From positions 11,966,001 through 12,030,000 of the forward strand of contig CM102286.1 of NCBI GenBank assembly GCA_046563655.1: DNA of 64,000 bases, written 5' to 3'. Source of the DNA: Yuukianura sp. NJ FZ-2021 (lineage: Eukaryota). Positions 21,001 through 33,853 of this stretch are shown one piece after another; positions within the stretch are counted from its first letter, which is position 1; the number at the start of each line of letters is the position of its first letter. The translations under genes and the position numbers were made by a program. The notes beneath the pieces were generated by a model. The model had not been told where the DNA came from and did not search any database. It saw only the letters and a program-made list of their open reading frames with translations.

Positions 21001-24000
21001 AAAATATGAAACACGATTTTGGAAATCATTTGAATTGAAATCTCAGTAAATTCTTCAGATGACTCTGTTGACGCCAAATGCAGCGACGGGGAGTTTATCA
21101 GAAATGAGCGGCGTTGTGACAAGTACTATGTTTGTGTCCATGGTCACCGTGTTGAATTCCGATGTCAAGGAGGGCTCTACTGGAATAACGAAGGAAAGAT
21201 GTGCGATTGGCCAAGTAATGTCAAATGTACTCCTTCTACGTCACCCGATGCGTCAATTCCTGTAGAACCACAACCTGCTACAGAATCTACTGTTGTTGCA
21301 ACTTCTAAGGCGCCGCTCTTTCCTTGGATTACGCAGTCCACAACAACTGCTTCATCCACTGTTCCAGTGAGTGTAGTCAAACCTACGCCGAAACCCGAAG
21401 TCGTCCGACCGCCATCTTCAGACTTGTCGGGTAAGTTCGATTCGAAAATTATTTCGACTATAAAATCTTGAAATCTGCGTTTTTTTGAATTTGATTTTGA
21501 AATAGTAGAGTACATTTTGTATTGATAGGAGACTACATGATCGTTTGCTACTTTACGAATTGGGCCTGGTATCGTCCTGGAATTGGCAAGTACATGCCAA
21601 GTGACATCAACCCTGACCTTTGTACTCACATTGTCTACGGATTTGCTGTTCTGGATCCAACTGAATTACTTATCAAACCACACGATACTTGGGCAGACCT
21701 GGACAATAAATTTTATGAACAAGTTGTAGCGTTCAAGCAAAAGGGAAAGAAAGTTAGCATAGCCATTGGTGGCTGGAACGATTCGGAAGGCGACAAATAT
21801 TCAAGGTACGTTCTGTTTCCTTTTTGAATTTCAATTCAATTCAAAAATTCAAATTTGACAAAAAGAATTGAAGTGAAGATTTTGTGAAAGTTTCTGTAAA
21901 ACGACACCAACTATTTTTGTTTTTAGATTGGTTAACAATCCTGCTGCAAGGAGAAAGTTCATCCAGCATGTAGTTCAGTTCATTCAGAAGTATAATTTTG
22001 ATGGTTTGGATTTGGACTGGGAGTATCCAAAATGCTGGCAAGTTGATTGCGACAAAGGACCGGTTTCTGACAAATCAAATTTTGCCGCTTTCGTTCGGGA
22101 GCTAAAAGAAGCATTCAAGCCGCACGGATTGTTGCTCAGTTCAGCAGTATCTCCCAGCAGAACAGTAATTGACGCAGGTATGAAAATTAATCGCTGATTT
22201 TTAACTTTTCAATTTTGTTAAAACTTCACCTTCAATTAAGCTAATCTTGAGCTTTAACCGTGAATTGTGTTGACCTTTGACCTCTTCTTTGTCAGGATAT
22301 GATGTTCCCACATTGACCAAGTACTTGGACTGGATCGCAGTGATGACGTATGACTTCCATGGTCAATGGGACAAGAAAACGGGACATGTCGCTCCGCTTT
22401 ACTTTCACGAAGAAGATGACTATTATTACTTCAATGCCAACTACACCATGCATTATTGGATCGACGCAGGCGCAGAACCCAGAAAACTTGTCATGGGAAT
22501 TCCCTTGTACGGGCAGTCTTTTACCCTAACAAATCCAAGCAATCATGGACTTAATGCGCCATCTTCCGGTGGTGGCACAGCTGGAGAGTACACAAGAGCT
22601 GCTGGATTTTTGTCTTACTATGAAATCTGCACGAATGTCCAGAAAAATGGCTGGACAGTAGTTGAAGATGAGACAGGAGCTATGGGGCCTTATGCTTACA
22701 AAGGAAACCAATGGGTATCGTATGACGACGTGGCAATGGTTAGGAAAAAGGCGGAGCTCATTCGACATTTGAATCTTGGCGGTGGAATGGTTTGGGCACT
22801 AGATTTGGATGATTTTAGAAATACTTGTGGGCAGGGAGACTCTCCACTATTGACTACGATTCGGTCTGTACTGGGCAAGCGCAGGACAGCTCCGCCTAAA
22901 ATCCATGTCAAAAAACCTCCAACGGCGCAGAAGCCGTCGATCATAGAGTCACCGGAGGATACGAACGTTATAGTGCCAATTCGCGGCGAAGATGTTGAGC
23001 ATTGCGACGAACAGTTCCGAGGCGATCCGAAGGATTGTAACAGATACTACCAGTGTATATTTGGGCGATATGTGGAACAGCGCTGTCCGGCTGGAACTGT
23101 CTGGAACAAGGTACTGTCACTTTCTTTAATTTTGAAAGTTTGGCAGGAAAATTTTTTGAAAATGTATTCAATAATTTTGTTTTTTATTTTTTTATTTTTT
23201 TAGAATCGCTGTGACTGGCCAGGTAATTCGAATTGTCTGGCAGGCCAAGGTCAAACTCAACCGAAACCGACTTTTCCAGCGTTTCCTTCCACGACTAAAC
23301 CAAAACGTCCGCCGGTGATTCCCACTCCAGAACCAATTTCACCAATTATTGATGAAATTGTAACTCCAAAGCCATCCACGTCTAGTCCAGTTCAAACTAC
23401 TTCTTACAGACCGCCAAGTTTGAATCCTTCAAGGTACACTACGACAGTGACTCCTACGAAAGATCCCGAATGGTGCCGACTCAATTGGTGTCCAACGGAG
23501 AAACCACTTCCGCCAAACAATCACGAAATGATCAACATTCCCGATTCACAATACAAAGTCGTCTGTTATTTTACTAACTGGGCTTGGTACAGGTTAGTTT
23601 TACTTTTTCAAAAATTTAGAAACGTTTTAAAAATGATTTTCAGCTATGATTTGAACTAATTCTAGACCGGGCGCTGGAAAGTACAAACCGGAAGACATTG
23701 ACTTCAACCTCTGCACTCACATTGCCTATGGTTTTGCCGTATTGAATCCAACGACGATGGTTATCAAACCGCACGATGGTTGGGCAGACCTTGACAATCG
23801 TTTTTACAAACAAGTTACGCAGTTGAGACAACGCGGTGTCAAAGTGGTACTGGCACTTGGAGGCTGGAATGATTCACTTGGTATTTGCAGTGTTTTCAAA
23901 TTTTGAAAAAAGAAGTCAAATTTTGAATTCAACAAAAAATGTTGAATTAGGAATATTTCACCAACAAACATAAAATTTTCATTTTGCAGGAGACAAGTAT

Positions 24001-25134
24001 TCAAAAATGGTGAATGACCCTGCAGCCAGAAGAAGATTTATCCAGCACGCAATTGAATTCATTGAAATTTATGACTTTGATGGGTTGGATCTGGATTGGG
24101 AATGTACGATACACTCTTATTTTTTAGTAAAGATTTTGGAAAATGTAACTTTTCCTAAAACCGAATTTTTGTAAATTGTAAATTTAGATCCAAAGTGCTG
24201 GCAAGTGGATTGCGACAAAGGACCGGCATCCGACAAGGAAGCATTTGCTTCACTTGTAAGGGAATTAAAAGAAGCGTTTCGTCCGAGAGGTTTGCTTTTG
24301 AGCGCCGCTGTGTCACCAAACAAGAAAGTCGTTGATGAAGGTAACACTGCAATTTATGAGTTTTGCAAAACTTTTGACAAAAAATATTGTCAGAAATTGA
24401 GAACTTTTCTGTTTTTGAATCGTTTAGGTTATGATGTGCCTACCGTAAGTGCCAACTTGGACTGGGTAGCAGTGATGACCTATGACTATCATGGTCAATG
24501 GGACAAGAAGACTGGACACAACGCTCCACTTTACCATCATCCGGAAAGTGACAATGCCTTCTTCAATGCCAATTACTCCATCAATTACTGGATTAGCCAA
24601 GGAACTGACCCCAAGAAAATTGTAATGGGAATGCCAATGTACGGTCAGTCTTTTACGCTCGTTGACCCTACAAATACAGGATTAAATTCCAAGACTTCAG
24701 GGGGCGCTCAAGCTGGAGAATTTACACGAAGTGCTGGATTCTTAGCTTACTATGAGGTTAGCAAAATTTGGACATTTGAAAATTTGTAACCAGTACTGAA
24801 CAAGCAGTATTTATGTTTCAATGCATTACAGATCTGTCAATACGTTCGAACCAGAGGCTGGACAGTAGTCCAGGATGAAAATGGAGCCATGGGCCCTTAT
24901 GCCTACAAGGGCAATCAGTGGGTGTCATTTGATGATGTTCCGCAGATTCGTAAAAAGTCTGAATACATAAAACAAATGGGTTTGGGCGGAGGGATGATCT
25001 GGGCATTGGATCTGGACGATTTCCGAGCTGTATGTGGATGTGAAGAACATCCACTGCTGAAAACGATTAATCGAGTCCTTAGAAACTATCCAGTGCCAGA
25101 TCCAAAGTGTCAACTGCAACAAAAGAAATTCTGA
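18051..25134 (+). CDS. Cht10: Group II (Cht10-type) multidomain chitinase: GH18(inactive)-ChtBD2 x3-GH18-ChtBD2-GH18
   Basis: About 17 phase-compatible coding exons. Three VCYF[AT]NWAWYR...GGW...MTYD...LDLDDF GH18 units. Catalytic motif is [11 protein letters not shown] in units 2 and 3 but [11 protein letters not shown] in unit 1. Four six-Cys ChtBD2 domains ending CDWP, with P/S/T-rich linkers. Confidence 0.95.
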
Positions 25135-26028
25135 GTGGAGGATTTGTAGTAACTACAGTGTTTTACCTGAATGCCTTTAATTGATTACCAAACTTATTTA
25201 ATTCTGCATGATTGTAGTGATGTTAATTAACTATTATTATAATTTATAAAGCAGTTTCTTGGTTAAATTCTTATTATTAAAATATTCATGTGTGTAAGGG
25301 GACATGACGCTATGTGAAGAATTTATTTGAAAATTCCTGCAGAGGGAAAATTCAAACCGAATTTTTTTTTTGCATAATAATTTTGCAAAAATAAAAGAAA
25401 AAGCAAAGTGAAAAGAAATAAAAAAACAGATGACAGGAGACAAAATTTTTAATCTTACTAGAGATTAAGAGATTTAATCGAAATTACTCAGTAATTATTA
25501 CTGCAAATTATAATAGTCAAATCAAAATTAGGTAAGGAAGCGACAAAATAGTTATTTATCGGCAATTCTGAATCATCCGATCAATTCATCACGACAATCA
25601 CGACCACGAGTAAATCAATTAATTTTCCTAAGACAGGTAGGTACTGGTACTGCTATTTCAATCATCCCAAGTACCCAACCAGAGAGAGGGACTTGAATTT
25701 CTTACAGACCTAAGCAGAGGGACTTGGATTTCTCACATAGACAAGGAGCAAGTAGTTTAGGTAAGGAATTACTGTCAATTGTAGAATACTGGCTTGGCTG
25801 GATCCTGGTAGAGTACTGATTTCTTTTTCATTTTACAGAACAGCGGTACGTCCGTACGCCTACCATCCATTAACTCCCGATTGGCGTAATCAGCTAGTTC
25901 GCAAAACGAACTGGTGCCGAAATTCCATTTCATATCTATCTCAATAAGGTTTGTCCTATGGAGAGTGTCGATTGTTTTGAAGTTAGGTGAATCACTGTTA
26001 CTGGAGATTGTTGTAAGTGAATTTGGTC

Positions 26029-26941
26029 CAGGGTTGGCAAAATGACGTCATTTTCACGAAAATGACGTCAAAATGTTTAAAACGTTAAAAACGCGTCAGA
26101 AACGTCAGAAACCTTTCCTCGAAAAATTGAAATCTTTAATTCTAAATTGCCGGTTAACCTACATTGTAAACTTGCTAACTATTAGATTATAACGTATAAC
26201 CGCTGTCAGTTCTCACTGCTGTTCGCTAAATTGACGTCATTTACGAGTCTGGAAATTGCAGGATCGTGATCGATCTCATTTCGATGGTTTTGACAGACTT
26301 GTATCAGAGCTCCCCGATTTTTCAAAAAAGTTCGAAATGATTCGCTCACAGTGTTCCAGCAGTGTTGAAGGTAAGCACAGTTTTTTTCCACCCACTTCTT
26401 TGTACCAGGCTGCAGGGAGGTGTGGGTACTTGAAGTATTTGGTTATTTTTGTTACATGAGACGAAATGTTGGGTATTTGAACATCGTGAGAAAGTAGGTT
26501 CAAAACATGAGCAAGGCAGCCATATTGAATAATTGAGACGTCTTCATTTTCATCATGTCTCCACTTGCAAATTCGACATTTAACAATTGGGGTACTGGCT
26601 ATGGCTGCTGGATTTGGTTCTAGATCAAATTGTTCCCAGATTGAGTCTTTTCCCCGGGGCATAACGATAAAGTAATTACTACACAATTTACGATTGACGG
26701 AAAAGTCAAAAACAAAAGGAGAATTAAAACTATCGACGACAAAGTAACGACTTCTTTTGTTTGTTGTGAATTCCGCTTTCAAACCATCGAACCCCACGGG
26801 TTTTACTTAAAAATTTGAGCGCGAATGCACGGTTTTATAAAAAATGAATTTGACAAAAATGACGTTTCTGACAAGGGGTCTTGTCATAAACGTTTATGAC
26901 AGACGTTTTTGACCGACGTCATGGTCATTTTGCCAACCCTG
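26029..26941 (-). mobile_element. Internally deleted hAT DNA transposon (913 bp)
   Basis: 18-bp perfect TIR CAGGGTTGGCAAAATGAC; 8-bp TSD ATTTGGTC (26021-26028, 26942-26949); subterminal TGACGT repeats; transposase remnant inside. Confidence 0.95.
26276..26662 (-). pseudogene. hAT transposase remnant
   Basis: MPRGKDSIWEQF...VKCRICK (first half of a BED finger) joined directly to YGCLAHVLNLL (hAT CxxH motif) and KYFK; most of the catalytic region is missing. Confidence 0.85.
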
Positions 26942-26999
26942 ATTTGGTCTTACAGGGTAGTAGATCAACGGTGTTGAGATCGACGACGTTGGAAGAATA

Positions 27000-28880
27000 A
27001 TGGCCGATAATGAAGTCGACCATGCTGGACAGGAACAACCAAATGGACCTCCAGCTGATGCGGAGCTGCCGGAGGTATTCATGGAACTGATACTTGAGTT
27101 TCAGGTATGCAAGTTGAACTTCAAGTTCATCAATTCACCACTTCACCAATACTCTTGTGATTTCGGGTTTTAGGCGGTTACTGGGATGGAAGACATGGCT
27201 GAATCTCGGCGGATTCTGGAAGCCAATGACTGGGACCTTCTCAATGCCATTTCTGGGCATATGGGTTTCCATATTCCTGAACTTCCTGAACGTCCTCAAA
27301 TTGTACATATTGTACAAAACCAACCCTCAAGTTCTGGAGCAAACAGGCCACCCCCTGTGGTTCAAGATGACACTGGTCCTGTACAAAGGATGCACGGTGC
27401 GAACAATGGGAATGAACCTCGTGATAATAACCCTGGTCTTCTACGATGGGTATGGAGATTACTCTCGGCACCGGTGGACATGTTGTTTCGATTCCTGTGG
27501 GACTTCATTGGCTTTGGTCTAAGATTCCTTCAACCAGACCCTCGAAGAGGTAACAGTAATCAATTGATGATGACATACACAATCATTTACTTGTTGCATA
27601 CGTGTCGTTTGTCATTCAAATCTCGATTTCAACTTCACAGCTATAACTGATCCAGTACAAGATGTAGTCAGCTTTATTACTCGATTTGAAGCGAACTATG
27701 GGACCGTGCACCCAATTTTCTACCAAGTGAGTACGAGTATCTCAAGTAAAGTTTATTGAAAGTTTTAACTATGTAGTTAACTTGTCATGTCCATTCAACC
27801 TGCAGGGAACCTACGGCCAAGCCCTGACCGATGCTAAACGTGAACTCAAGTTTTTGTTGGTGTACTTGCAAAGCGATGACCATTCTGACACGCCAACATT
27901 TTGCAAGGAAGTGATGCGCAACCAGGATTTCATCGATTTAATTAGAGAAAACATGCTCTTCTGGGCTTGCTCCGTCTCAACACCCGAAGGATATCGTACT
28001 TCTCAGGCCCTCCGAGAAAATACGTACCCATTTCTGGCACTGATCGCTTTAAAAAATCACCGGATGACCATTGTCGCCAGGTAATTAAAGTGCTCAATCT
28101 TCACCGCTTTGCGCTTATGCTTCTGTTACAAGTTTGTTCTCCTCCAATCTCTAGAATCGAAGGTTGTTCTGATCCTGTACGAGTAGTGCAAAGGCTTCAT
28201 CAAGCAATGGCCGACAACGAAGCATTTCTTGTTGCTGAGCGTCAAGATCGTCTTGAGCGAAGCATGACACAAACACTTCGTGAGCAGCAGGATGCTGCGT
28301 ACATGGAGTCATTGAAGGCTGACCAAGAGAAGGAGAGAAGGAAAAAAGAGGAGTTTGAAAAACGTCGACAAGAGGAACTCGAGAAAGACCGACTAGTTGC
28401 AGAGGAAAATGCTCGAAAAGAAGTAAGTTGTAATACTTAATTGTTGATGCATTCACGATAAGTTTATGTTTCTACCAGGCTCTTCGAAAGCTAAAGAATG
28501 AAACGAAAGCGAATTTACAATCACAGCCTGACGTGGATGAGGCAGACGTGTTGCGCGTTGTAATCAAACTTCCAGGAGGAACCAGATTAGAAAGACGTTT
28601 CAGAAAAACAGACTCCTTGAAAGTAATGAACTCAAGTTTAATGTGTATCAGCACATTTAATTGAATTAATTTACCTTTACCCAACTTATTATGTTTCCAG
28701 CATCTGTATTACTTCGTGTTCAGTCATGACGATGCTCCGGACTACTTTGAAATCGCAACTAACTTTCCAAAACGAACCCTGCCTTGTAAACCCACAGAGG
28801 AATTACCAGAACCTCCTACGTTTGGTGAAGCAGGCCTCGGTCTGAAAGAAATGGTTTTTGTCTACGACCTCGAGTCTTAG
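27000..28880 (+). CDS. FAF2: FAS-associated factor 2 / UBXD8 (UBA-like, hydrophobic hairpin, UAS, coiled coil, UBX)
   Basis: Multi-exon. FQAVTGMED...LEANDWDL, YGTVHPIFYQGTYGQALTDAKRELKFLLVYL, SQALRENTYPFL, LREQQDAAYMESLKADQEKE, IKLPGGTRLERRF, TNFPKR, ends EMVFVYDLES*. Confidence 0.95.
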
Positions 28881-29024
28881 TCAGTGTTTAGTACTTTTGG
28901 TACCGATGATCATAATTCTATTGGGGATGCTACGAATATATGTCATAAGAGTCCTTTTGTTGCCACCTAATAAATATAATACTTCGTTTCGCAGTTTAGC
29001 GTTTGTCTCTCTCATGCTTGTAAC

Positions 29025-29273
29025 GGCTCTATGCCATTTCTCCGAAACCCATCACGTCGAATGAACTACTGCGAAACGATTTACTCCTAAAGGCACCTTG
29101 ACCTTACCCCGAAAAGTAGTTTATGCAATCAAACGGTAATCTTAATCAAACCTGACATAATGATATTTATCCTACCTAAACCGAATTGTATGATTTATGA
29201 TATAAGTTTATTAACCAAATTCTACTTTAAAATGACCTTTCGGAATAATCGTTTCGCAGTAATTCATTCGGCG
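29025..29273. mobile_element. Degenerate MITE related to 38783-39180
   Basis: Left GCCATTTC...GTCGAATGAACTACTGCGAAACG and right CGTTTCGCAGTAATTCATTCGGCG are inverted copies and match the termini of the 38783-39180 element. No clear TSD. Confidence 0.6.
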
Positions 29274-29783
29274 TGCTCCGCTTGTCATACTTTTGAATTA
29301 TTAGTCTTTTCAGTAATGGTAGACAGCCTTGAACGTTTTGGAAGGTCGACTTCATCGCTTTACTTTTTTATGGTATGAAAGTTTACCATATCAGATTTAA
29401 TCAACCGATAGAAACGATATCAGTATCAGTAAATAATACAATACTATAAGACAATAATTATTATTTATAAAAAAAATCTAGTATATAACGTCAATCGTTT
29501 GAAACGAAATACTAAGGTTTTACCACGATACTCATCTATTAAACTAAAAATTGCGGCTTAAATGCCTTGACCATATTCTAAAGAGGAAAAAAAAGTTAAA
29601 CTCTAAAGTTAGTAGTAGGAAAAAATTGATGGAAGCAGTATTCCTATTTAGTCAACAGTTCTACCTAGAATTCAATTAGTAGTAGTACGGTATTTCTCAA
29701 TTCTGCTTCGACACTGGGAAACTTCCAAAATGGATTCGTCATTTCTGTTGATCTTTAAAAACAAGAGTCCCGGGAATATTTCA

Positions 29784-32700
29784 TCAAACACCTATAAGTC
29801 CTTCATCGCCATCAACGTTACCCGGTGACGTATTGGAAGTTTCCATTACTTCAATCACTTCACTTTCTTCCAAATCTTCCTCCACTTCGTAAGAGATCTC
29901 TTCCATCCCTACTTCCTCAGCAGCATTTGAGTTCAAGGGGTAACTCAAATCATTCTCAGCCTCTGTCGCATTCACTTCACTATCTTCACCAACATTCTGT
30001 CCGTCAACTGTCACGACAGGATAGTTCGCCATATCCTCCATTGAAGTCAATGGTAAGAGTTCAATGACCTGAGTTCCATCTTCGGCATACGAAACAAGCG
30101 TCTGTGTTTGCTCAATTTCCGCCGAACTCATGCTTACTGGTACCGAAATTCCTCCAGATGACACAAAAATTGAGCTAAAAAGAACAAAAGGTAAAGGTTC
30201 AATACAAAGTTTGACTTAAATATTAATTAATCAGCTGTTAACATTATGAAAGGACTTACCATTTTTGAGGATCCAGATACATGTGATCATTTTGAACGCT
30301 GGACTTCTCGTCAAAGGAATACTCAACATCAGTTGTAACTGTAGCAGCAGCATCTTCACTATTACTTTCCACAGCCTGATCCACCATAGGTATTTCTCCA
30401 TTTTCGTCTGTTAGTTGAAAAAAGACGACAGGATTCCCTTCGGAGTCTGTACCAGTAATCTTGCGGAATTTGTTTCCATGGATATCTTGAACTAAAAAGT
30501 CTCCTTCACCGTCCAATCCGTCTACCATGCCACCGAGTATTGCAGCGTTGCCTCCTCCTCCTTGAATTCCTGCGTCTGAGCTTGTAAGGACGTACACTGG
30601 CTGAGATGAATCTCCAAGAATCTGTTCCGTGTAACCTCCATCGTCCATTTCCTGCTGGATTTGAGTTTCAACAGCGAGGGAGGCTGGAAATGAAGGTTCA
30701 TCGTTACTGACTGGTTCGAATTTGGAGTTAATCTTCCACTAATTTAACCGTCTAGTTAGTATTCAACTCAACTCACATTCTGATGGTTGGATTTGAACAG
30801 GAATGGATACTTCCATGCCATCGATTATTTCCATCTCTTCTCCGTCCACATGAAGTGAACCGTCCATATCGGTTTTCTGCTCATCCCCAACTTGATATTG
30901 GCTCGGATCGTTTTGATCCGTTTCAATTTCAAGTTCTTCAGAATCCTCTTTATGAAACGCTTGTATGTGTGTCTAAGGCAAAAAAGAAATACGTGATGAA
31001 AACTAGAACATCCAGGAAAGCATGCAAATACTTACTAATTTATAGGCTACAATTTGAAGACTTTGGACTTACATTTAGATTCGCAATCCTCGCAAACTGT
31101 TTGTTGCAGTATGGACATTGATGTTGACCTTTGGCGTCACGATTGCGGTGTAGATTTGCTGCTATATGATATTGTAACGCTTGATTTGTTTTGAAACTTG
31201 CTCTGCAGACCTGTGAATAATTACGTTTAAGTTTCTTATAAGGCGATGGAATTCGAAATTTAAACTTACGTTGCAAGTTAGCTGCTTGGCCATATCATGT
31301 GTTTGTTTGTGTTTCTGTAACAAGGACCAACTCAAAGCAATGTAGTTGCAGCGGTCACAGTGTGGAAAGTGATGAGTGGCCGGTGGCTCAATGTCGTGTT
31401 TTGTGTATAGATGGTAAAGCAAGAGATTTCGTTTTGACGTTCTAATGCCGCAGTACTCACAAATCCGTGCATCCACCTTCTCATGATGAACTTCCTGCAA
31501 TTTTACAAAATATGTTCATCAGTTGGAAATTAGTAGATAAAGAAACACTAAAGTGAATTACGAACCACCAAATGCTTCCTGTACAGAAAGTACGAATCAA
31601 AGTGTTCCGGAGTATCTCCAGTTCCACAGGGCACACATGACCATGGCCCGATAACATTCTCTGCAGCACTTGGAGTTTTCTTTACACTGTCCTCAGTATC
31701 CCAAAAGTTAGATCGTACTGCCGGAGTCGATTTCTTGAGAACATAAGAACCTGGAGTATCTGAAGACGAAGATTTTAATACTATGTAGGATGTTTTCGAC
31801 TTTCCTTCTTTTCCACCAGGTTCCGGTGGATCCTTCTGCACAATTTTTAACTTCACGTTCTTGTTTTCCTTTATCAGGTCCGGATATCTTTTCAAAATTT
31901 CTGAAATCAACTTTGAGTGATTGGGCGGCTCATCTCCTCCGGCTCTGTTCATGGGCGTTGTGCACTGAATCATAGGAAGTGAAACTTGTTCTTGTGCTGT
32001 TGTCGATACTTCCTTCACTACTTCGTTTTCCTTTTCAAGGTCGGTTGCAAACCGAACACTTTTGACAACCTAAGAATTCATATGATAGTTTAGGCTGAGA
32101 GTTTAATTTTTTTTAAGTAGATTATTTAGGAGCCATTTTTCATCGTTTTTGTTACGAAACAGAAACATACCTTTTTCACTGGAGTCGACTCGACAACTTC
32201 TTCAGCAGAGACATCTTCAACAATTGGTTCTGGAACGATCAATTCTTCATTCAGCTCAGAAGTCACTTCTACTTCCGAAGTTTCGACTTCCGTATGCTCC
32301 GAGACTTCTTGGCACATGATGTTCGACATGTCTTCTTCAGCCCCAACTTCAAAAGTTTCAAGCTGCCCCTCTGTGCTTTCCTCCATCGATGCAAGTTCTT
32401 TTTCAATTTCGTCATCTATCTTTGCCACTTTCGAACTCCCAACTGTTTTGTTAGAAAAAAGAGTTCACTTGCAATATGATCTGATCTGAGTTGAGTCGGG
32501 TGGAACTTGGATCTTTTGAATTATTAAATTATGTTACCTTCATCCTCAGGCTGCGACGGAAGCTTGTGCTTGAGCAGCGAAGGAACTCCCTCAACTTGAG
32601 TTTTCACTGCATCGAAGACGAGGGCAGGATTTTGAGAGAGACTAGGTGTAGTTTTGATATCCTGAGTGACAATGAAGTCTTCGGGCATAGTTTCCGAAAA

Positions 32701-33853
32701 CTTGAATGAATTTACATCTTCTTCCGGTTCTGGCCATTCGAATCTAGTCGGCCGAGGTGGTTCCACTTTTTGTGACACATATCTTGGAAAAGTAATAATG
32801 AATGACAAAAAGACCTTTAGTACTTGATTGGTGATTTGAACAAAATTTTTGTAAAATTATTTAGTACCTCGCTGCTTGTGCTGGCTGCGTTACGTGAGTC
32901 TTCACAATTGTTCGACGTTCCTTCCAAATAGGTAATCTAAGTAAAGAAATGATCACGAGCATTGTGTAAGGGGTTACTTAGAGACAGAAACACACGTATA
33001 GAAACCTACTTCTTAGGAGTAAATGCTGCAGCAGTTTTAATGTTGACGCGATTGTTGAGACCAACAATTCGAACCGGCTGTTGTTGCACTCGTGCTAGAA
33101 CAGTCTTTGTTTTCACTCCAGCTGGCAATGGCCTACTCACTGTCATCGGTTTTCGTATGCCTGGAGTTGTCTTAGCATTGAGGGCAGAATGTACTAAGGA
33201 TTTTAGGGCCTGAGGAGTACCGGCTCCTGATTTTAAAACCAACTGACCAGGCGTCTGCTTGCGCTTGGCTAATTCCTCGGGTTTCCTGGCATGAGCCTCC
33301 AGTAGTTTGATCAAAATATTTATATTCATCAATTTAACAGTTTTGTAGATGTCACTAAACTGAGCCCCACGAACCTCTAATTTGCCAGTATAAAAGAATC
33401 TACAAAGAAAACGTACCAATTAAGCAATTAAGTGTACTGCATCGAATTACGGTTTTGCATGGGTTAACGTATCCGACTTCGGAACAGGTAACGTACTTGA
33501 TAATAACAAGCATAGCGTTGTAATCTATTTGGTTAGGCATCACCAGTATTCCGTTGGTAATCCCATTGGAGCGTTCCAAGTTAGCAATATAATCTGTACA
33601 CATGTTTACGACAATCCGATGGACCTAAGAAAGTCAATGAACAAATATTCGTTTTAATAAATACAGAATACACGTGCTAAAGAAACAAAATTGGCTGTGT
33701 AACCTTTATAGTTTGGAGATTCTGAAATTGCAATGTTAGGTCACATGACTCGCCCTTTTCATACATTGTCTGTAGTCGCTGCAAACAATAGTTTCCCCAG
33801 TTATCCACGCGAACATCTTGCATTGAATGAGAAGGAATCGCCACTCCAGTCAT
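29784..33853 (-). CDS. Cp190: Centrosome-associated BTB-zinc finger insulator protein CP190
   Basis: N-terminus VRVDNWGNYCLQRL...CDLTLQF...VHRIVVNMCTDY matches the CP190-type BTB as recalled. Also FFYTGKL, LPIWK, PTRFE, KIVQK, C2H2 fingers (GPWSCVPCG...YRKHL, ICEYCG...HLYTKH, CDRC...HKQTH) and an acidic E/D-rich C-terminus. Multi-exon. Confidence 0.88.

Noticed and set aside
25685..25737. Two imperfect 22-bp direct repeats (AGAGGGACTTG.ATTTCT.ACA) upstream of FAF2
   Set aside because: Only two copies and not a full NF-kB or other site I can name.
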